Source: Candidatus Limnocylindria bacterium
GTDB taxonomy: Bacteria; Chloroflexota; Limnocylindria; QHBO01
Direction of reading: 5' to 3'
Length of the DNA stretch: 64,000 bases
Assembly: GCA_036262075.1 (NCBI GenBank)
Contig: DATAJO010000013.1
Location: 1,553-65,552 of the forward strand
Positions 29,978 through 39,230 of the stretch are shown here, piece after piece (positions within the stretch are counted from its first letter, which is position 1; each line of letters starts with the position of its first letter). Under the pieces are notes generated by a model, which searched no databases, was not told where the DNA came from, and worked only from the letters and a program-made list of their open reading frames with translations. The translations under genes and the position numbers were made by a program.

Positions 29978-31158
29978 TCCTCCGTCTCGCCAACTCGATC
30001 GGTGCGGTAACGCTCGAGTTTGACCGGGTCGAGCGTGACGCCGAGGCCCGGCTCCTCGGGGAGCGCCACGGATCCTTCGGAGTACGCCATTGGCTTGGTG
30101 ACGAGGTCGTCGACGTACTGGCGGCCGGCGACCGTGGTGGGGGCCTGCTCGGCAGGCGCGGAAATCGGGAAGACGCACGGCAGGCTGACGATCTCCCGGC
30201 TGGCCGCGAGCTGAACGTTGGCGGCGTTGCCGATGCCGAGCTCCCCGGAGCCGTTCACGTTGCAGGGCAGGCCGGCTGCCTGGGCAACCGCGATCATCTC
30301 CCGAGCTCGGAACAAGCCTCCCGGCTTCGTCACGTAGATCGAGATCGCGTCGGCCGCACGGGTGGTCGCGATCTCGAGCACGTCGCGGGCGGTCCAGGCG
30401 CTCTCGTCGGCCATCACCGGCGTGTTGACCGACGCGGTGACGATGGCCATCTCGCGCAGCCCCTGCACCGGCTGCTCGATCAGGTCGATGCCGTAGGCCT
30501 CGAGGCGCTCGATCTGACGGATCGCGACCTTGGGCGAGGGATACGCCTGGTTGGCGTCGAGCGTGATCGACACGTGTGGGCCGACGGCGGCCCGGACTTC
30601 CCGCACCGTCTCGATGTCGCGCGGGAAGTCGACGCCGACCTTGATCTTGATGGCCCGCAGTCCCTCGCCGACGGCAGCGACCGCTTCATCGACCGCCTGC
30701 GCCGTCGGCATGAAGCCGAGGCTCTGCGCCAGCGGAACGCTCTGCCGGAACGCTCCGCCCAGCAGCTGCGCGACGCTGAGGCCCGTGGCCTTGCCGATGA
30801 CGTCGTGGACGGCCATGTCGATGGCCGCCTTGGCATACGGGTAGCCGCGGATCGTGCGATCCATGATCTCGAGCAGGCGCTCGACGTCATAGACGTCGGA
30901 CCCGTCGATGGCGGGGAACAGCACATCGGTGAGCAGGTGTCGGGTCGCGCCCGCCTCCTCGCCGTAGTAGCGGCCGTGGTCGCCGCCCCAGCGCGGGTTG
31001 ATGGGAGCTTCCCCCAGGCCGACGTGCTCCGAGTCGGTGAGGAGCCGGACGACGACGTGACGCGCGGAGGACATCGCCATCGACGCCATCGCATGGTGTC
31101 GCCGCCGCGGCACCTCGACCGGGATGGCCTCGATGCCGACGATGTGGATGCTGCTCAT
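29974..31158 (-). CDS. enolase-superfamily enzyme, mandelate racemase / muconate lactonizing (MR/MLE) subgroup
   Basis: Catalytic KIKVG, DANQ and DES metal-ligand motifs; 394 aa. Dipeptide-epimerase or N-acyl-amino-acid-racemase-like. Confidence 0.75.
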   Translation of the reverse strand: MSSIHIVGIEAIPVEVPRRRHHAMASMAMSSARHVVVRLLTDSEHVGLGEAPINPRWGGDHGRYYGEEAGATRHLLTDVLFPAIDGSDVYDVERLLEIMDRTIRGYPYAKAAIDMAVHDVIGKATGLSVAQLLGGAFRQSVPLAQSLGFMPTAQAVDEAVAAVGEGLRAIKIKVGVDFPRDIETVREVRAAVGPHVSITLDANQAYPSPKVAIRQIERLEAYGIDLIEQPVQGLREMAIVTASVNTPVMADESAWTARDVLEIATTRAADAISIYVTKPGGLFRAREMIAVAQAAGLPCNVNGSGELGIGNAANVQLAASREIVSLPCVFPISAPAEQAPTTVAGRQYVDDLVTKPMAYSEGSVALPEEPGLGVTLDPVKLERYRTDRVGETEE

Positions 31159-31162
31159 CGGC

Positions 31163-32326
31163 TCATGCGAGACGAATGAGCGATTCGTTCGTGGTCACGT
31201 CGCTCATGAGCTCGTACCCTCCATCGGTGACGAGGAACATGTCCTCGATATGGAAGCCCATTTCGCCAGGCACCATGAAGAAGGGCTCATACGTCAGCAC
31301 CGTGCCGGGCTGAAGAATGATCTCCGTGTCGGCCGTCAGGTAGGGCTCTTCGTGGCCCGTCAGCCCGATGCCGTGGCCGAGGAACGAGAGCGTCGGCTCG
31401 AGCCCCTTCGATCGGCAGTGCGAAGCATAGGCCTGCCACAGGAGCTTGGCCGGAGTGCCGGGCGCGAGCAGCTTGAGCGCCTCCTCGCGCGCCTCCATGA
31501 GCACGTTCCAGATGCGCGCCTGCTCGGAGGTGGGCTCACCCACGACGGCCGTGCGCGTGACGTTGGACTGGTGGTTCTCGAGCGTCGCCAGGATCTCGAT
31601 GCGAACGACGTCGCCCTGGACGATCGCTCGGTCGGCCGGCTTCGGGTTCACGATGCCGCTGCGCGGTCCGCTGCCGATGTTCGACCGAACGGCGTCGCCG
31701 CCGTTGCTGAGCACGGCATCGGTGATGACGGCAGCGAGCTGCTTCTCGGTCATACCAACCTGGAAGCGCTCGACCGCAGCCGCCTCGGCCGCGTCGGTGA
31801 TGCGAGCGATCCGGCGCAGCCGGTCGATCTCGACCTCGTTCTTGATCATGCGCGCCGCCAGGAAGAGCTCGCGGCTCGGGACGAACTCCGCGCCGGTCAG
31901 GGTGCTCGACAGCTGGAGGTAGTCCCCGGCCGGCATGTAGTCCAGCTCGAGGCCGAGGCGACCTCGCTCGAGGCCGAGCTCAGCAATGCAGTCGGCGAGC
32001 ACGCGCATCGGCGCGTCCTTGAACTGGTCGTAGGCGCGGACATCGCGAATGGCGGATCGCTCGCGCGCCAGCGGGGCCTCGACCGAGACCACGATGAGCA
32101 CGCTGCGTCCGTCGGCGGTCACGACGCTGATCGTTCGCCGATGGCGGTTGACGGGGTGTGAGGGCACCAGGAAGCCAATCGTGTACGCAACATTCTCGGG
32201 AGACATCCCGATCAGCGCGTCCAACCCCTGGGCTGCCATACGCGCTCGCAACCCATCTATCGTCGTCAACGTCGCCTCCACGCAGTTGGCTGGATCCCGG
32301 ATGTCGCGGCCCGGCGCCGCTGTCAA
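31163..32326 (-). CDS. M24-family metallohydrolase (creatinase / Xaa-Pro dipeptidase / ectoine-hydrolase-like)
   Basis: Creatinase_N-like N-domain plus a pita-bread catalytic domain with HGIGLTGHEEP and the downstream E...E metal ligands. Confidence 0.75.
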   Translation of the reverse strand: MTAAPGRDIRDPANCVEATLTTIDGLRARMAAQGLDALIGMSPENVAYTIGFLVPSHPVNRHRRTISVVTADGRSVLIVVSVEAPLARERSAIRDVRAYDQFKDAPMRVLADCIAELGLERGRLGLELDYMPAGDYLQLSSTLTGAEFVPSRELFLAARMIKNEVEIDRLRRIARITDAAEAAAVERFQVGMTEKQLAAVITDAVLSNGGDAVRSNIGSGPRSGIVNPKPADRAIVQGDVVRIEILATLENHQSNVTRTAVVGEPTSEQARIWNVLMEAREEALKLLAPGTPAKLLWQAYASHCRSKGLEPTLSFLGHGIGLTGHEEPYLTADTEIILQPGTVLTYEPFFMVPGEMGFHIEDMFLVTDGGYELMSDVTTNESLIRLA

Positions 32327-32336
32327 ATCCAGCTCG

Positions 32337-32399
32337 TTGTACGAATATACAAGAAGCCCCTAGCCCGGCGCCGGAGAAGTGTCACAAACACTTGTGCGA
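32337..32399. promoter_or_regulatory. AT-rich divergent control region with inverted repeats TTGTA-cgaata-TACAA and CACAA-acac-TTGTG
   Basis: Two short palindromic elements in an AT-rich patch between the divergently transcribed M24 hydrolase operon and tctC. Likely operator/promoter sites, possibly for the RpiR regulator. Confidence 0.35.
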
Positions 32400-32477
32400 T
32401 TACTCCGGCACGCGGTAGACTCCGGCGTCGGCGGTGCGACCGCCGTGTATGGCCGGCTGGATTAGGAGGCTCCCTGT

Positions 32478-33560
32478 ATGCCCTCGCGCTTTCCGATCTT
32501 GGCAACACTCCTGCTGCTCTTGGCGGCGTGCTCCACGCCTGGATCCCCGACCCCCGAAGCCTCTGCGCGCAGTGATGCGAGCGCCGATGAGGCGACCAGT
32601 GCGGAGGCCGTAGCGTCTCCGGAGCTGGCCGGCTACCAGGATGGTGACGTTGTGAGCATCATTGTGCCGACCGACCCGGGTGGCGGCATCGATGCCCAGG
32701 CTCGGCTCATCGAACCGCTGCTCGAAGAGAAGCTGCGTGAGATCTCGGGCTCCGACGTCGAGGTCGTCGTTCAGAACATGCCCGGCGGCGCGCAGCTCAT
32801 CGGGCTCGAGCACGTTTGGCGCGCGGATCCCGATGGGATGACGGTCCTGTACCACATCACCAACGTCATGATCTCGCACCAGGTGCTGGGTGGGGCCGAC
32901 GTCGAAATGCGTGAGATGACGCCCATCGGCAGGCTCACGCTGGCGCCGACCGGCCTCATCGTCCGCAAGGATCTCGAGCTGCCCGAGCGCAGCCTGACCG
33001 GCCTGATCGAGCGATCGGCCACCCAGCCGATCCTCATCGGCAACGTCGGCGATCCGGTCGAGATCGAGATGGTCAGGAAGCTGCTGTCGGACGGCGGACT
33101 CGAGTTCGCGACGGACGTCGTCCAGCTCGATGGCACGTCGGACCTCATCGCGTCGCTGTTGCGCTCCGAGATCGAGGTGGCCAAGACCACGTCGGCCGGC
33201 GCCATTCAGCTGGTCGCCGAGAACCCGGAGCTCGAGTTCCTCGTCACCCTCGGGTGCGAGCGCGAAGAGGCGCTGCCGGAGGTGCCCTCGATCACCGAAG
33301 AGGACATCCCGACGGTGGCGGACATCTGCCAGAGTGTCGGGCAGTCCCACCGGCTCATCCTGGGCCCGCCCGGCATGTCCGAGGGTCACGCCGCGCAGCT
33401 TTCGCAGGCGATGGAGCAGGCGGTGAATGACCCGGCCTTCGCCGAGGCGCTGTCGGCGACGAACTTCTCGGCGAGCTGGGAAGCTCCCGAGGCGATCACC
33501 TCCCTGCTGGAGGACCTGATCGCCACCTGGGAGGAGAACGCCGCAGCGATCACCGACTAG
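32478..33560 (+). CDS. tctC: tripartite tricarboxylate transporter (TTT) substrate-binding lipoprotein TctC/Bug family
   Basis: Signal peptide plus a lipobox (LLAACS); the mature domain matches the Bug/TctC periplasmic-binding fold. AGGAGG RBS before the start. Confidence 0.75.
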   Translation: MPSRFPILATLLLLLAACSTPGSPTPEASARSDASADEATSAEAVASPELAGYQDGDVVSIIVPTDPGGGIDAQARLIEPLLEEKLREISGSDVEVVVQNMPGGAQLIGLEHVWRADPDGMTVLYHITNVMISHQVLGGADVEMREMTPIGRLTLAPTGLIVRKDLELPERSLTGLIERSATQPILIGNVGDPVEIEMVRKLLSDGGLEFATDVVQLDGTSDLIASLLRSEIEVAKTTSAGAIQLVAENPELEFLVTLGCEREEALPEVPSITEEDIPTVADICQSVGQSHRLILGPPGMSEGHAAQLSQAMEQAVNDPAFAEALSATNFSASWEAPEAITSLLEDLIATWEENAAAITD

Positions 33561-33687
33561 GGGTAACCGCGCAACGGATCGGGCTGGTTCGTCGAGACGA
33601 AGCGGCCCGATCCGTCCACGCTAGAAGGACTCCGGACCGTGGGTCCCAGGCAGTTCGTGGAGACGTGGCATTGAAGGAACTGGGTGA

Positions 33688-35673
33688 ATGCTAGACGGCC
33701 TCGGTGAAGGCCTAGCCATCCTCCTCACGTGGGAAGGCATCGCCATCCTCGTCGGCGCAACGATCGTGGGGACGCTGATCGCCATCCTGCCGGGCATCGG
33801 CGCGGTCAACGTCATGGCACTGCTCATTCCGGTCACGTTCGGAATGGACCGTGATCATGCCCTGATGATGCTGGTCGTCCTCATGGGATCGGCCGGCTTC
33901 GCGGGGTCGATCACCGCCATCCTGGTCAACGTCCCCGGCGACTCGACGAACGCCTCCACCCTGGTGGACGGATATCCGATGAGTCGGCAGGGGAGGGCCG
34001 GCGAGGCGATCGGGGCTTCAGCGGCGGCATCGGCGCTGGGCGCCCTGTTCGGCGTCCTCGTCCTCATCGTGAGCCTGCCGTTCGTTCGCGGCGTGATCCT
34101 GGCCTTCGGTCCGGCGGAGTTCTTCGCCCTCTCGGTCGCGGGTGTCGCCCTGCTGGCGACGGTGAGCACGCGGTCCGTTCGCAAGGGGCTGATCGCCGGC
34201 CTGCTGGGGATGGCCTTCGGGCTCATCGGCATCAACTACAACCTCGGCGGCCTGCGCTACACGTTCGACATCCCGGCGCTCTACGACGGGATCCCGCTCA
34301 CCGCAGCCGTCATCGGCCTCTTCGCCATTCCCGAGATGGTGGCGCTGCTCTCGCAGGGCGAGTCGATCAGCCGCGGCGAGACGGTGATGCGCGGCGGCGC
34401 GTGGCGGGGCGTCATGGAGGTCCTGCGGCGCCCGGGGACCCTCATCCGAAGTGCGAGCATCGGCACGGCGCTGGGAGTGATACCGGGCGTCGGCGCGTCG
34501 GTCGCGTCATGGGTGAGCTACTTCACCGCGGTCCGCCTGTCGCGCAATCCCGAGACCTTCGGGACGGGGAACATCGAGGGCGTCATCGCGCCCGAGGCGG
34601 CCATGGACGCCAAGGAGGGCGGCTCGATGATGCCGTTGCTCGCCCTCGGCATCCCGAGCGGCCTGAGCACGGCGATCCTGCTCTCGGCGTTCACGCTGCA
34701 CGGCGTCAATCCCGGCCAGCGGCTGTTCGAGTCGGAGATGCCGCTCGTCTGGGTCATGCTGCTCGGCCTGGTCTTTGCGAACGTCGCGACCTCGTTCTTC
34801 GGCGTGCTCTTCGCGAACAGCCTCGTCCGGCTCACGGTCCTGCCGACGATCATCCTCGGGCCGATCATCCTCGTGCTGGCCTTCATCGGCGGGTACACGA
34901 GCCTCTTCAGCTTCGTCGGCATCGCGTACGTTCTCTTCTTCGGCGCGATCGGGATCGCGATGGAGGCCTATGGCTACTCGCGTCCCGCCCTGCTGCTCGG
35001 CCTGGTCCTGCTTCCGCTGGCCGAGAAGAACTTCCACCTTGCGCTCCAGATCAACCGCGGGTCCTTCAGCTTCCTGACGCGGCCCATCACGCTCGCCGTG
35101 CTCGCGGCTGTCGTCCTCGCGCTGCTCGCGCCGGTCATCTGGCGGTTCGTCCGCCGCCGCTGGCGCCCGGGCGCGGTGCGTGCGGTCTCCACGGCCCTCG
35201 CGGCGCCACCCGGGGAGCTTCCCGCTGGCCGGTACCCGATCGCGTTCGCCATCGTCGCGACCGCCATCGGCGCCGTGATGCTCGTCGAGACCTTCCGGTA
35301 CCAGCCCCAGGCGCAGGTGTTCCCGATCCTCATCCTCGTGCCACTCATCGTCCTGGGCACGGCCCAGCTCTGGATGGAGGTGCTGGCCCTGCGCCGACAC
35401 GAGCGCGGCCCGGCCAGCGAGTGGGTGCGTCCCGCGTGGTGGATCGGCGCCTGGATTGCCGCCATGCCCGTGCTCATGTGGTTGATCGGGACGATCCCGG
35501 CGACCTTCGTGTACGTGCTCGCCTTCCAGCTCCTGTTCGACCGCCGGCGACCAGCCCGGTCCGAGGTCCTGCGGGCGGTCGTCGTCAGCGGCGCCACGGC
35601 ACTGCTGATCTGGGCGACCTTCGTCGAGGCACTCGCACTCCAGTTCCCCCCAGGGGTTCTCCGGTTGCCCTGA
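33688..35673 (+). CDS. tctA: TTT permease, TctA fused to a C-terminal TctB-like 4-TM domain
   Basis: Residues 1 to about 500 match the TctA large permease (GSAGFAGSITAILVNVPGD..., duplicated halves). The C-terminal ~150 aa adds four TM helices resembling TctB/DUF1468. No separate tctB lies between tctC and tctA. Confidence 0.75.
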   Translation: MLDGLGEGLAILLTWEGIAILVGATIVGTLIAILPGIGAVNVMALLIPVTFGMDRDHALMMLVVLMGSAGFAGSITAILVNVPGDSTNASTLVDGYPMSRQGRAGEAIGASAAASALGALFGVLVLIVSLPFVRGVILAFGPAEFFALSVAGVALLATVSTRSVRKGLIAGLLGMAFGLIGINYNLGGLRYTFDIPALYDGIPLTAAVIGLFAIPEMVALLSQGESISRGETVMRGGAWRGVMEVLRRPGTLIRSASIGTALGVIPGVGASVASWVSYFTAVRLSRNPETFGTGNIEGVIAPEAAMDAKEGGSMMPLLALGIPSGLSTAILLSAFTLHGVNPGQRLFESEMPLVWVMLLGLVFANVATSFFGVLFANSLVRLTVLPTIILGPIILVLAFIGGYTSLFSFVGIAYVLFFGAIGIAMEAYGYSRPALLLGLVLLPLAEKNFHLALQINRGSFSFLTRPITLAVLAAVVLALLAPVIWRFVRRRWRPGAVRAVSTALAAPPGELPAGRYPIAFAIVATAIGAVMLVETFRYQPQAQVFPILILVPLIVLGTAQLWMEVLALRRHERGPASEWVRPAWWIGAWIAAMPVLMWLIGTIPATFVYVLAFQLLFDRRRPARSEVLRAVVVSGATALLIWATFVEALALQFPPGVLRLP

Positions 35674-35687
35674 TCGGTCTCTCGCTA

Positions 35688-35707
35688 CCTCCCCCTTCGG
35701 GGGGAGG
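35688..35707 (+). terminator. GC stem-loop CCTCCCCC-TTCG-GGGGGAGG after the tctA stop
   Basis: Perfect 8 bp stem with a TTCG tetraloop 15 nt downstream of the tctA stop, at the end of the island operon. Confidence 0.4.
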
Positions 35708-35864
35708 GGAGCGTTGAGCACTCGGTGTCGATCGCGTAGCGTTGACCCGTGAGCCGCGACGCCGAACATCTCCGTCGACGCCTGCTCCGCGCCCGCGACC
35801 ATGGACCGGGCCTACGCCGGGCCGCTCGACGTCCCGTCCGTGGTCACGCGCAGAGAGGAGCATC

Positions 35865-36113
35865 GTGATCACCGAGCTCAACGTCGCGTCGATCTACGTC
35901 CTCGACAAGGACGAGGCGCCCGAGTTCTTTGTCGACGAGCTCGGCCTCGAGAAGGGCAACGACGTCCGCCAGGGCGGCTACCGCTGGCTGACCGTCCGGG
36001 TGCCGGGCGCCGAGACCGGGATCTCCCTCGAGCAGCCGGGTCCGCCGCTCGACGACGAGGCCACCGCCGAGCAGCTTCACCAGCTCAACCGCGCACAGGA
36101 GAAGACCGCCTGA
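35865..36113 (+). CDS. small VOC (glyoxalase/bleomycin-resistance) family protein, possibly truncated
   Basis: ITELNVASIYVLDKDEAPEFFVDELGLEKGNDVRQGGYRWLTVRV matches the VOC beta-alpha-beta-beta-beta module; at 82 aa it is shorter than a full VOC domain pair. Confidence 0.4.
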   Translation: MITELNVASIYVLDKDEAPEFFVDELGLEKGNDVRQGGYRWLTVRVPGAETGISLEQPGPPLDDEATAEQLHQLNRAQEKTA

Positions 36114-36583
36114 TGGCAACCACCGGCGACACCACGAAGAAGACGACCACCGGCAAGGGCAGGGCCTCGACGACCTGGACCGACGAGGAACGGGCGGCGA
36201 TGCAGGAGCACGCCCGAGAGATGAAGGCTGCGCGGTCGAAGAAGGCCGATGGCGAGGCCGACGTCCGCGCCAAGATCGACGAGCTGCCCGAGCCGGACCG
36301 CTCGATGGCCGATCGGATCCACGCGATCATCAGGGAGGCCGCCCCCGAGCTCAAGCCGCGGACGTGGTACGGCATGCCCGCCTATGCCAACGCGGCGGGC
36401 AAGGTCATCTGCTTCTTCACCCCGGCGTCGAAGTTCAAGGAGCGCTACGCGAGCTTCGGCTTCAACGCCGATGCCCAGCTCGACGAGGGCACGATGTGGC
36501 CGACGTCATGGGCCATCACCAAGCTCACGCCCGACGCGGAGGCCCGGATCCGCGACCTCGTGAGGCGATCCGTCGGCCAATGA
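36114..36583 (+). CDS. DUF1801 (YdhG-like) domain protein
   Basis: PDRSMADRIHAIIREAAPELKPRTWYGMPAYANAAGKVICFF is the YdhG/DUF1801 signature; the ATG immediately follows the upstream stop. Confidence 0.55.
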
Positions 36584-36816
36584 CGGCCAGGCCCCCCTAA
36601 CGCGGTGGGGCCTCGTGCGTTGGTACTCGTAGAACCGGACACTGCGTTGGCGGCTCGGCCGCCAGGGCAGCCGCAGTGTCCGGTTTCTTCATGTCCGGAG
36701 GATCGCGAGCGCGCAGCCCGCGACCGGGCGGCGCCAGCCGGCCGATGCCGGGCGGGAGGGGGGATTCGGTGGCGCCGGCCGGCCGCCCACGGACGGGCGA
36801 AGCTGCCGGCGGGCGG

Positions 36817-37071
36817 TCAGTGGCCGGCGGGCTGGGTGTTTGCCGGACCGGTCTCGGACTCGTCCGAGCGCTCGTGCCAGGCGGGGTCGACCGGTGCGGT
36901 CGGCCCGACGTCGTCGACCGTCGGGGCGAGGATCCAGATGACGAAGGCCATCGCGATCCCGAATCCGAGGAGCATCGTCGTGCCCGCGGCGTCATCGCTG
37001 AGGACGAAATAGATGACGACGAGCAGGATGTGCCCGACGGCGGCAAGGAGGTAGGCGAGCGGGCGCTTCAT
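36817..37071 (-). CDS. small two-TM membrane protein (hypothetical)
   Basis: 84 aa with two hydrophobic helices (LAYLLAAVGHILLVVIYFVL; MLLGFGIAMAFVIWILAP). Confidence 0.4.
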   Translation of the reverse strand: MKRPLAYLLAAVGHILLVVIYFVLSDDAAGTTMLLGFGIAMAFVIWILAPTVDDVGPTAPVDPAWHERSDESETGPANTQPAGH

Positions 37072-37150
37072 GGACGCATGATACCGGCGTGACCGGGCTC
37101 TCGGCCGGCGCCGCAGGTACGGATGGCGGAAATCTTGGTAAATCTATGCA

Positions 37151-37726
37151 TCAGACCAGCCAGCCGCAGTCGGTCCGGCTCACGGGGCCCGTCGCCGGGA
37201 CGGTGAGGGCGGTGGCCGGGCGGATGCCGATCTCGGGGCTGTGGGGTCGTGGCACGAGCGGTGCGGCGCCCGCGATCCGATCGGCGACCTGGAGCGTGGC
37301 ACGGCGGACGGAGGGATCGGTGACCGGCGGTGCGGCCTCGGCCGGCTCGATCGGCGTGAGGGCCGTCGTCGGCTGGAGGTCGACCTCGCGGGCGGTCACG
37401 ACGCTGCCGTCCGGGTAGGGGAGCCACAGGCCGCGGAGGCGGGCGATGAAGTGCTCGGGCATGCCCGGGACGAGCATGTCGACGCCCGGCTGACCGCTGC
37501 GCCGATAGCCGCGCGGCCGCTCGTCGGGCTGGACGCGATCGACGAAGGCGCGCTCGAGGAGCTCCTCGACGGCGACCTTGATCCCCTCGGGGGCGTCGAC
37601 CGTCGATCGGCCGTTCTGGTACTCGGCCCGCCCGACGACCTCCGGCTCGGTTGCGCCCCGCGTGGTGCGGAGCAGCTCGAACACGATCCGGTCCTCGGTG
37701 CGCGGGTCGGCCCGCCGTTCGATCAT
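37151..37726 (-). CDS. hypothetical protein
   Basis: 191 aa ORF with a non-repetitive N-terminal domain (IVFELLRTTRGATEPEVVGRAEYQNGRSTVDAPEGIKVAVEELLERAF). No family recognised. Confidence 0.35.
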   Translation of the reverse strand: MIERRADPRTEDRIVFELLRTTRGATEPEVVGRAEYQNGRSTVDAPEGIKVAVEELLERAFVDRVQPDERPRGYRRSGQPGVDMLVPGMPEHFIARLRGLWLPYPDGSVVTAREVDLQPTTALTPIEPAEAAPPVTDPSVRRATLQVADRIAGAAPLVPRPHSPEIGIRPATALTVPATGPVSRTDCGWLV

Positions 37727-37833
37727 GGGCCGAGGATAGCGCAGCGCCGTCCCCGCGCGCCGGCCTGTCGCGCGGCCCCCTCGCGACCGGGTGGGGCTGG
37801 GTAGAATCGGGGCGAGCCACTCAGAGGACAGCC

Positions 37834-38190
37834 GTGAGCGAGACCGACGCCAGGGAATACCGCGAGATGATCGAGGGCCAGGACGACGCCCAGATCGACG
37901 CCTGGGCAGCGGACCTGATCGTGGACTTCGCGAAGCGGATGGGCGTCGGGCGGGCCATCGCGGCGTTCATGGAGGCGACCGGCCTCGACGAGCGCGGCTT
38001 CCAGCGCGCCTTCCTCGTCGGCGGCGGGCCCGATCACGTCATCGGCGTGGACACCGCCGGGTCGCTGGCGGCGCCGATCTTCGAGCTGCCGAAGGCGATC
38101 CGCGGGCTCCGGCGCATCGACCCGGACGCCCGCGCCAAGCTCATCGACTTCCTCGTCGCCCACCGCGAGGTGATGACCTACGTCGCCTGA
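37834..38190 (+). CDS. hypothetical protein
   Basis: GTG at 37834 preceded by AGAGGA; 118 aa acidic protein (AREYREMIEGQDDAQIDAWAADLIVDFAKRMG...). Confidence 0.35.
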   Translation: MSETDAREYREMIEGQDDAQIDAWAADLIVDFAKRMGVGRAIAAFMEATGLDERGFQRAFLVGGGPDHVIGVDTAGSLAAPIFELPKAIRGLRRIDPDARAKLIDFLVAHREVMTYVA

Positions 38191-38240
38191 CCCAGGCTGC
38201 GCGGCCCGGCGCCGGACGCGCGGAACGGGGGAGCGGAGGC

Positions 38241-39230
38241 TCAGGCCTCCTCGTCGCGGCCCTCGGTCCCCGAGCGGATGATCGCGATCGCGTTCTCGAT
38301 CTTCAGCTTCGTGATCGTCAGGTGCTTCGCGAAGTTCGCCCGGTTGACCTCGGGGATCTGGTCGAGCAGCTCGGGCTGGCGGAGGACGGCGACGAGGTCG
38401 TCGACCCCATCGGCGATCTTCGCCCGCGCGCCCATGAGCGCGTCGTCGGCCTCCTTCGCCGCCGCGACCTGGCCGGCGACCGTCTTGCGTCGCCGCCGCG
38501 GTGCCTTGTCCGCGTCGGCCGCCGGAGCCTCCTCGCCGCCGATGATCGCCCGCAGCTTGGCGAGTGACAGCTCGCCGGCCGCGATCCGCTTCGCCAGCCG
38601 TCGACGGGTGCGCTCGTCGCCGATGCGCATCAGCTCGTAGGCGTGGCTGATCGTGTCCTTGCGCAACGACACGAGCTCGCGGATGTCGGCGGGCGCATCG
38701 GCCAGGCGCAGCCGGTTCTCGACGTAGCCCTTGTCCTTGCCGACCTTCTGCGCCAGCTGTCGGACCGAATAGCCGAAGGCATCGGTCATCTTCTTGAACA
38801 TCGTCGCTTCCTCGAGCGGCGAGACGTCCTCGCGCTGGAGGTTCTCGATGATGCTCACCTCGAGCGCGGTGCTCTCGTCGAACTCGACGACGATGGCGGG
38901 GATCGACTCGCGTCCGGCCATGCCCGACGCGCGCCAGCGCCGCTCGCCGGCGATGAGCTCGAACTTCGAGCCCGACGGGCGCACGAGGATCGGCTGCAGG
39001 ACGCCGTGCTCGCGAATCGAATCGGCGAGCTCGGTCAGCGACTCCTCGTCGTAGGAGAGGCGTGGCTGCGCCGGATTGGGGAGGATCTTCGAGACCGGGA
39101 TCTCGCGAATCTGCGCGTGCGTCGCGCGTGACTCGATGAGGGACACGATGCCGGGAGCGAGGTCGGTGGACTGGGCCTCGTCGAACAGGCGGTGGATGTT
39201 CTGGCGGAATGCCGCACGCTTCTCAGCCAA
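38241..39230 (-). CDS. parB: chromosome partitioning protein ParB/Spo0J
   Basis: ParB N-domain (VLQPILVRP...LIAGERRWRA), an HTH, and a C-terminal dimerisation region; 329 aa. Confidence 0.9.
   Translation of the reverse strand: MAEKRAAFRQNIHRLFDEAQSTDLAPGIVSLIESRATHAQIREIPVSKILPNPAQPRLSYDEESLTELADSIREHGVLQPILVRPSGSKFELIAGERRWRASGMAGRESIPAIVVEFDESTALEVSIIENLQREDVSPLEEATMFKKMTDAFGYSVRQLAQKVGKDKGYVENRLRLADAPADIRELVSLRKDTISHAYELMRIGDERTRRRLAKRIAAGELSLAKLRAIIGGEEAPAADADKAPRRRRKTVAGQVAAAKEADDALMGARAKIADGVDDLVAVLRQPELLDQIPEVNRANFAKHLTITKLKIENAIAIIRSGTEGRDEEA

Noticed and set aside
20810-35710. Calling the island an integrative mobile element or prophage at tRNA-Asn
   Set aside because: There is no integrase, recombinase, transposase or phage gene, and no direct repeat of the tRNA 3' end could be found by eye. 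GC content and codon style match the rest of the window. It is reported only as a possible horizontally acquired metabolic island.
35742-35864. Upstream extension of the small VOC-family ORF to the ATG at 35742
   Set aside because: The extra 41 residues are Pro/Arg/Thr-rich low-complexity sequence and overlap the tctA terminator hairpin. The GTG at 35865 is more plausible.
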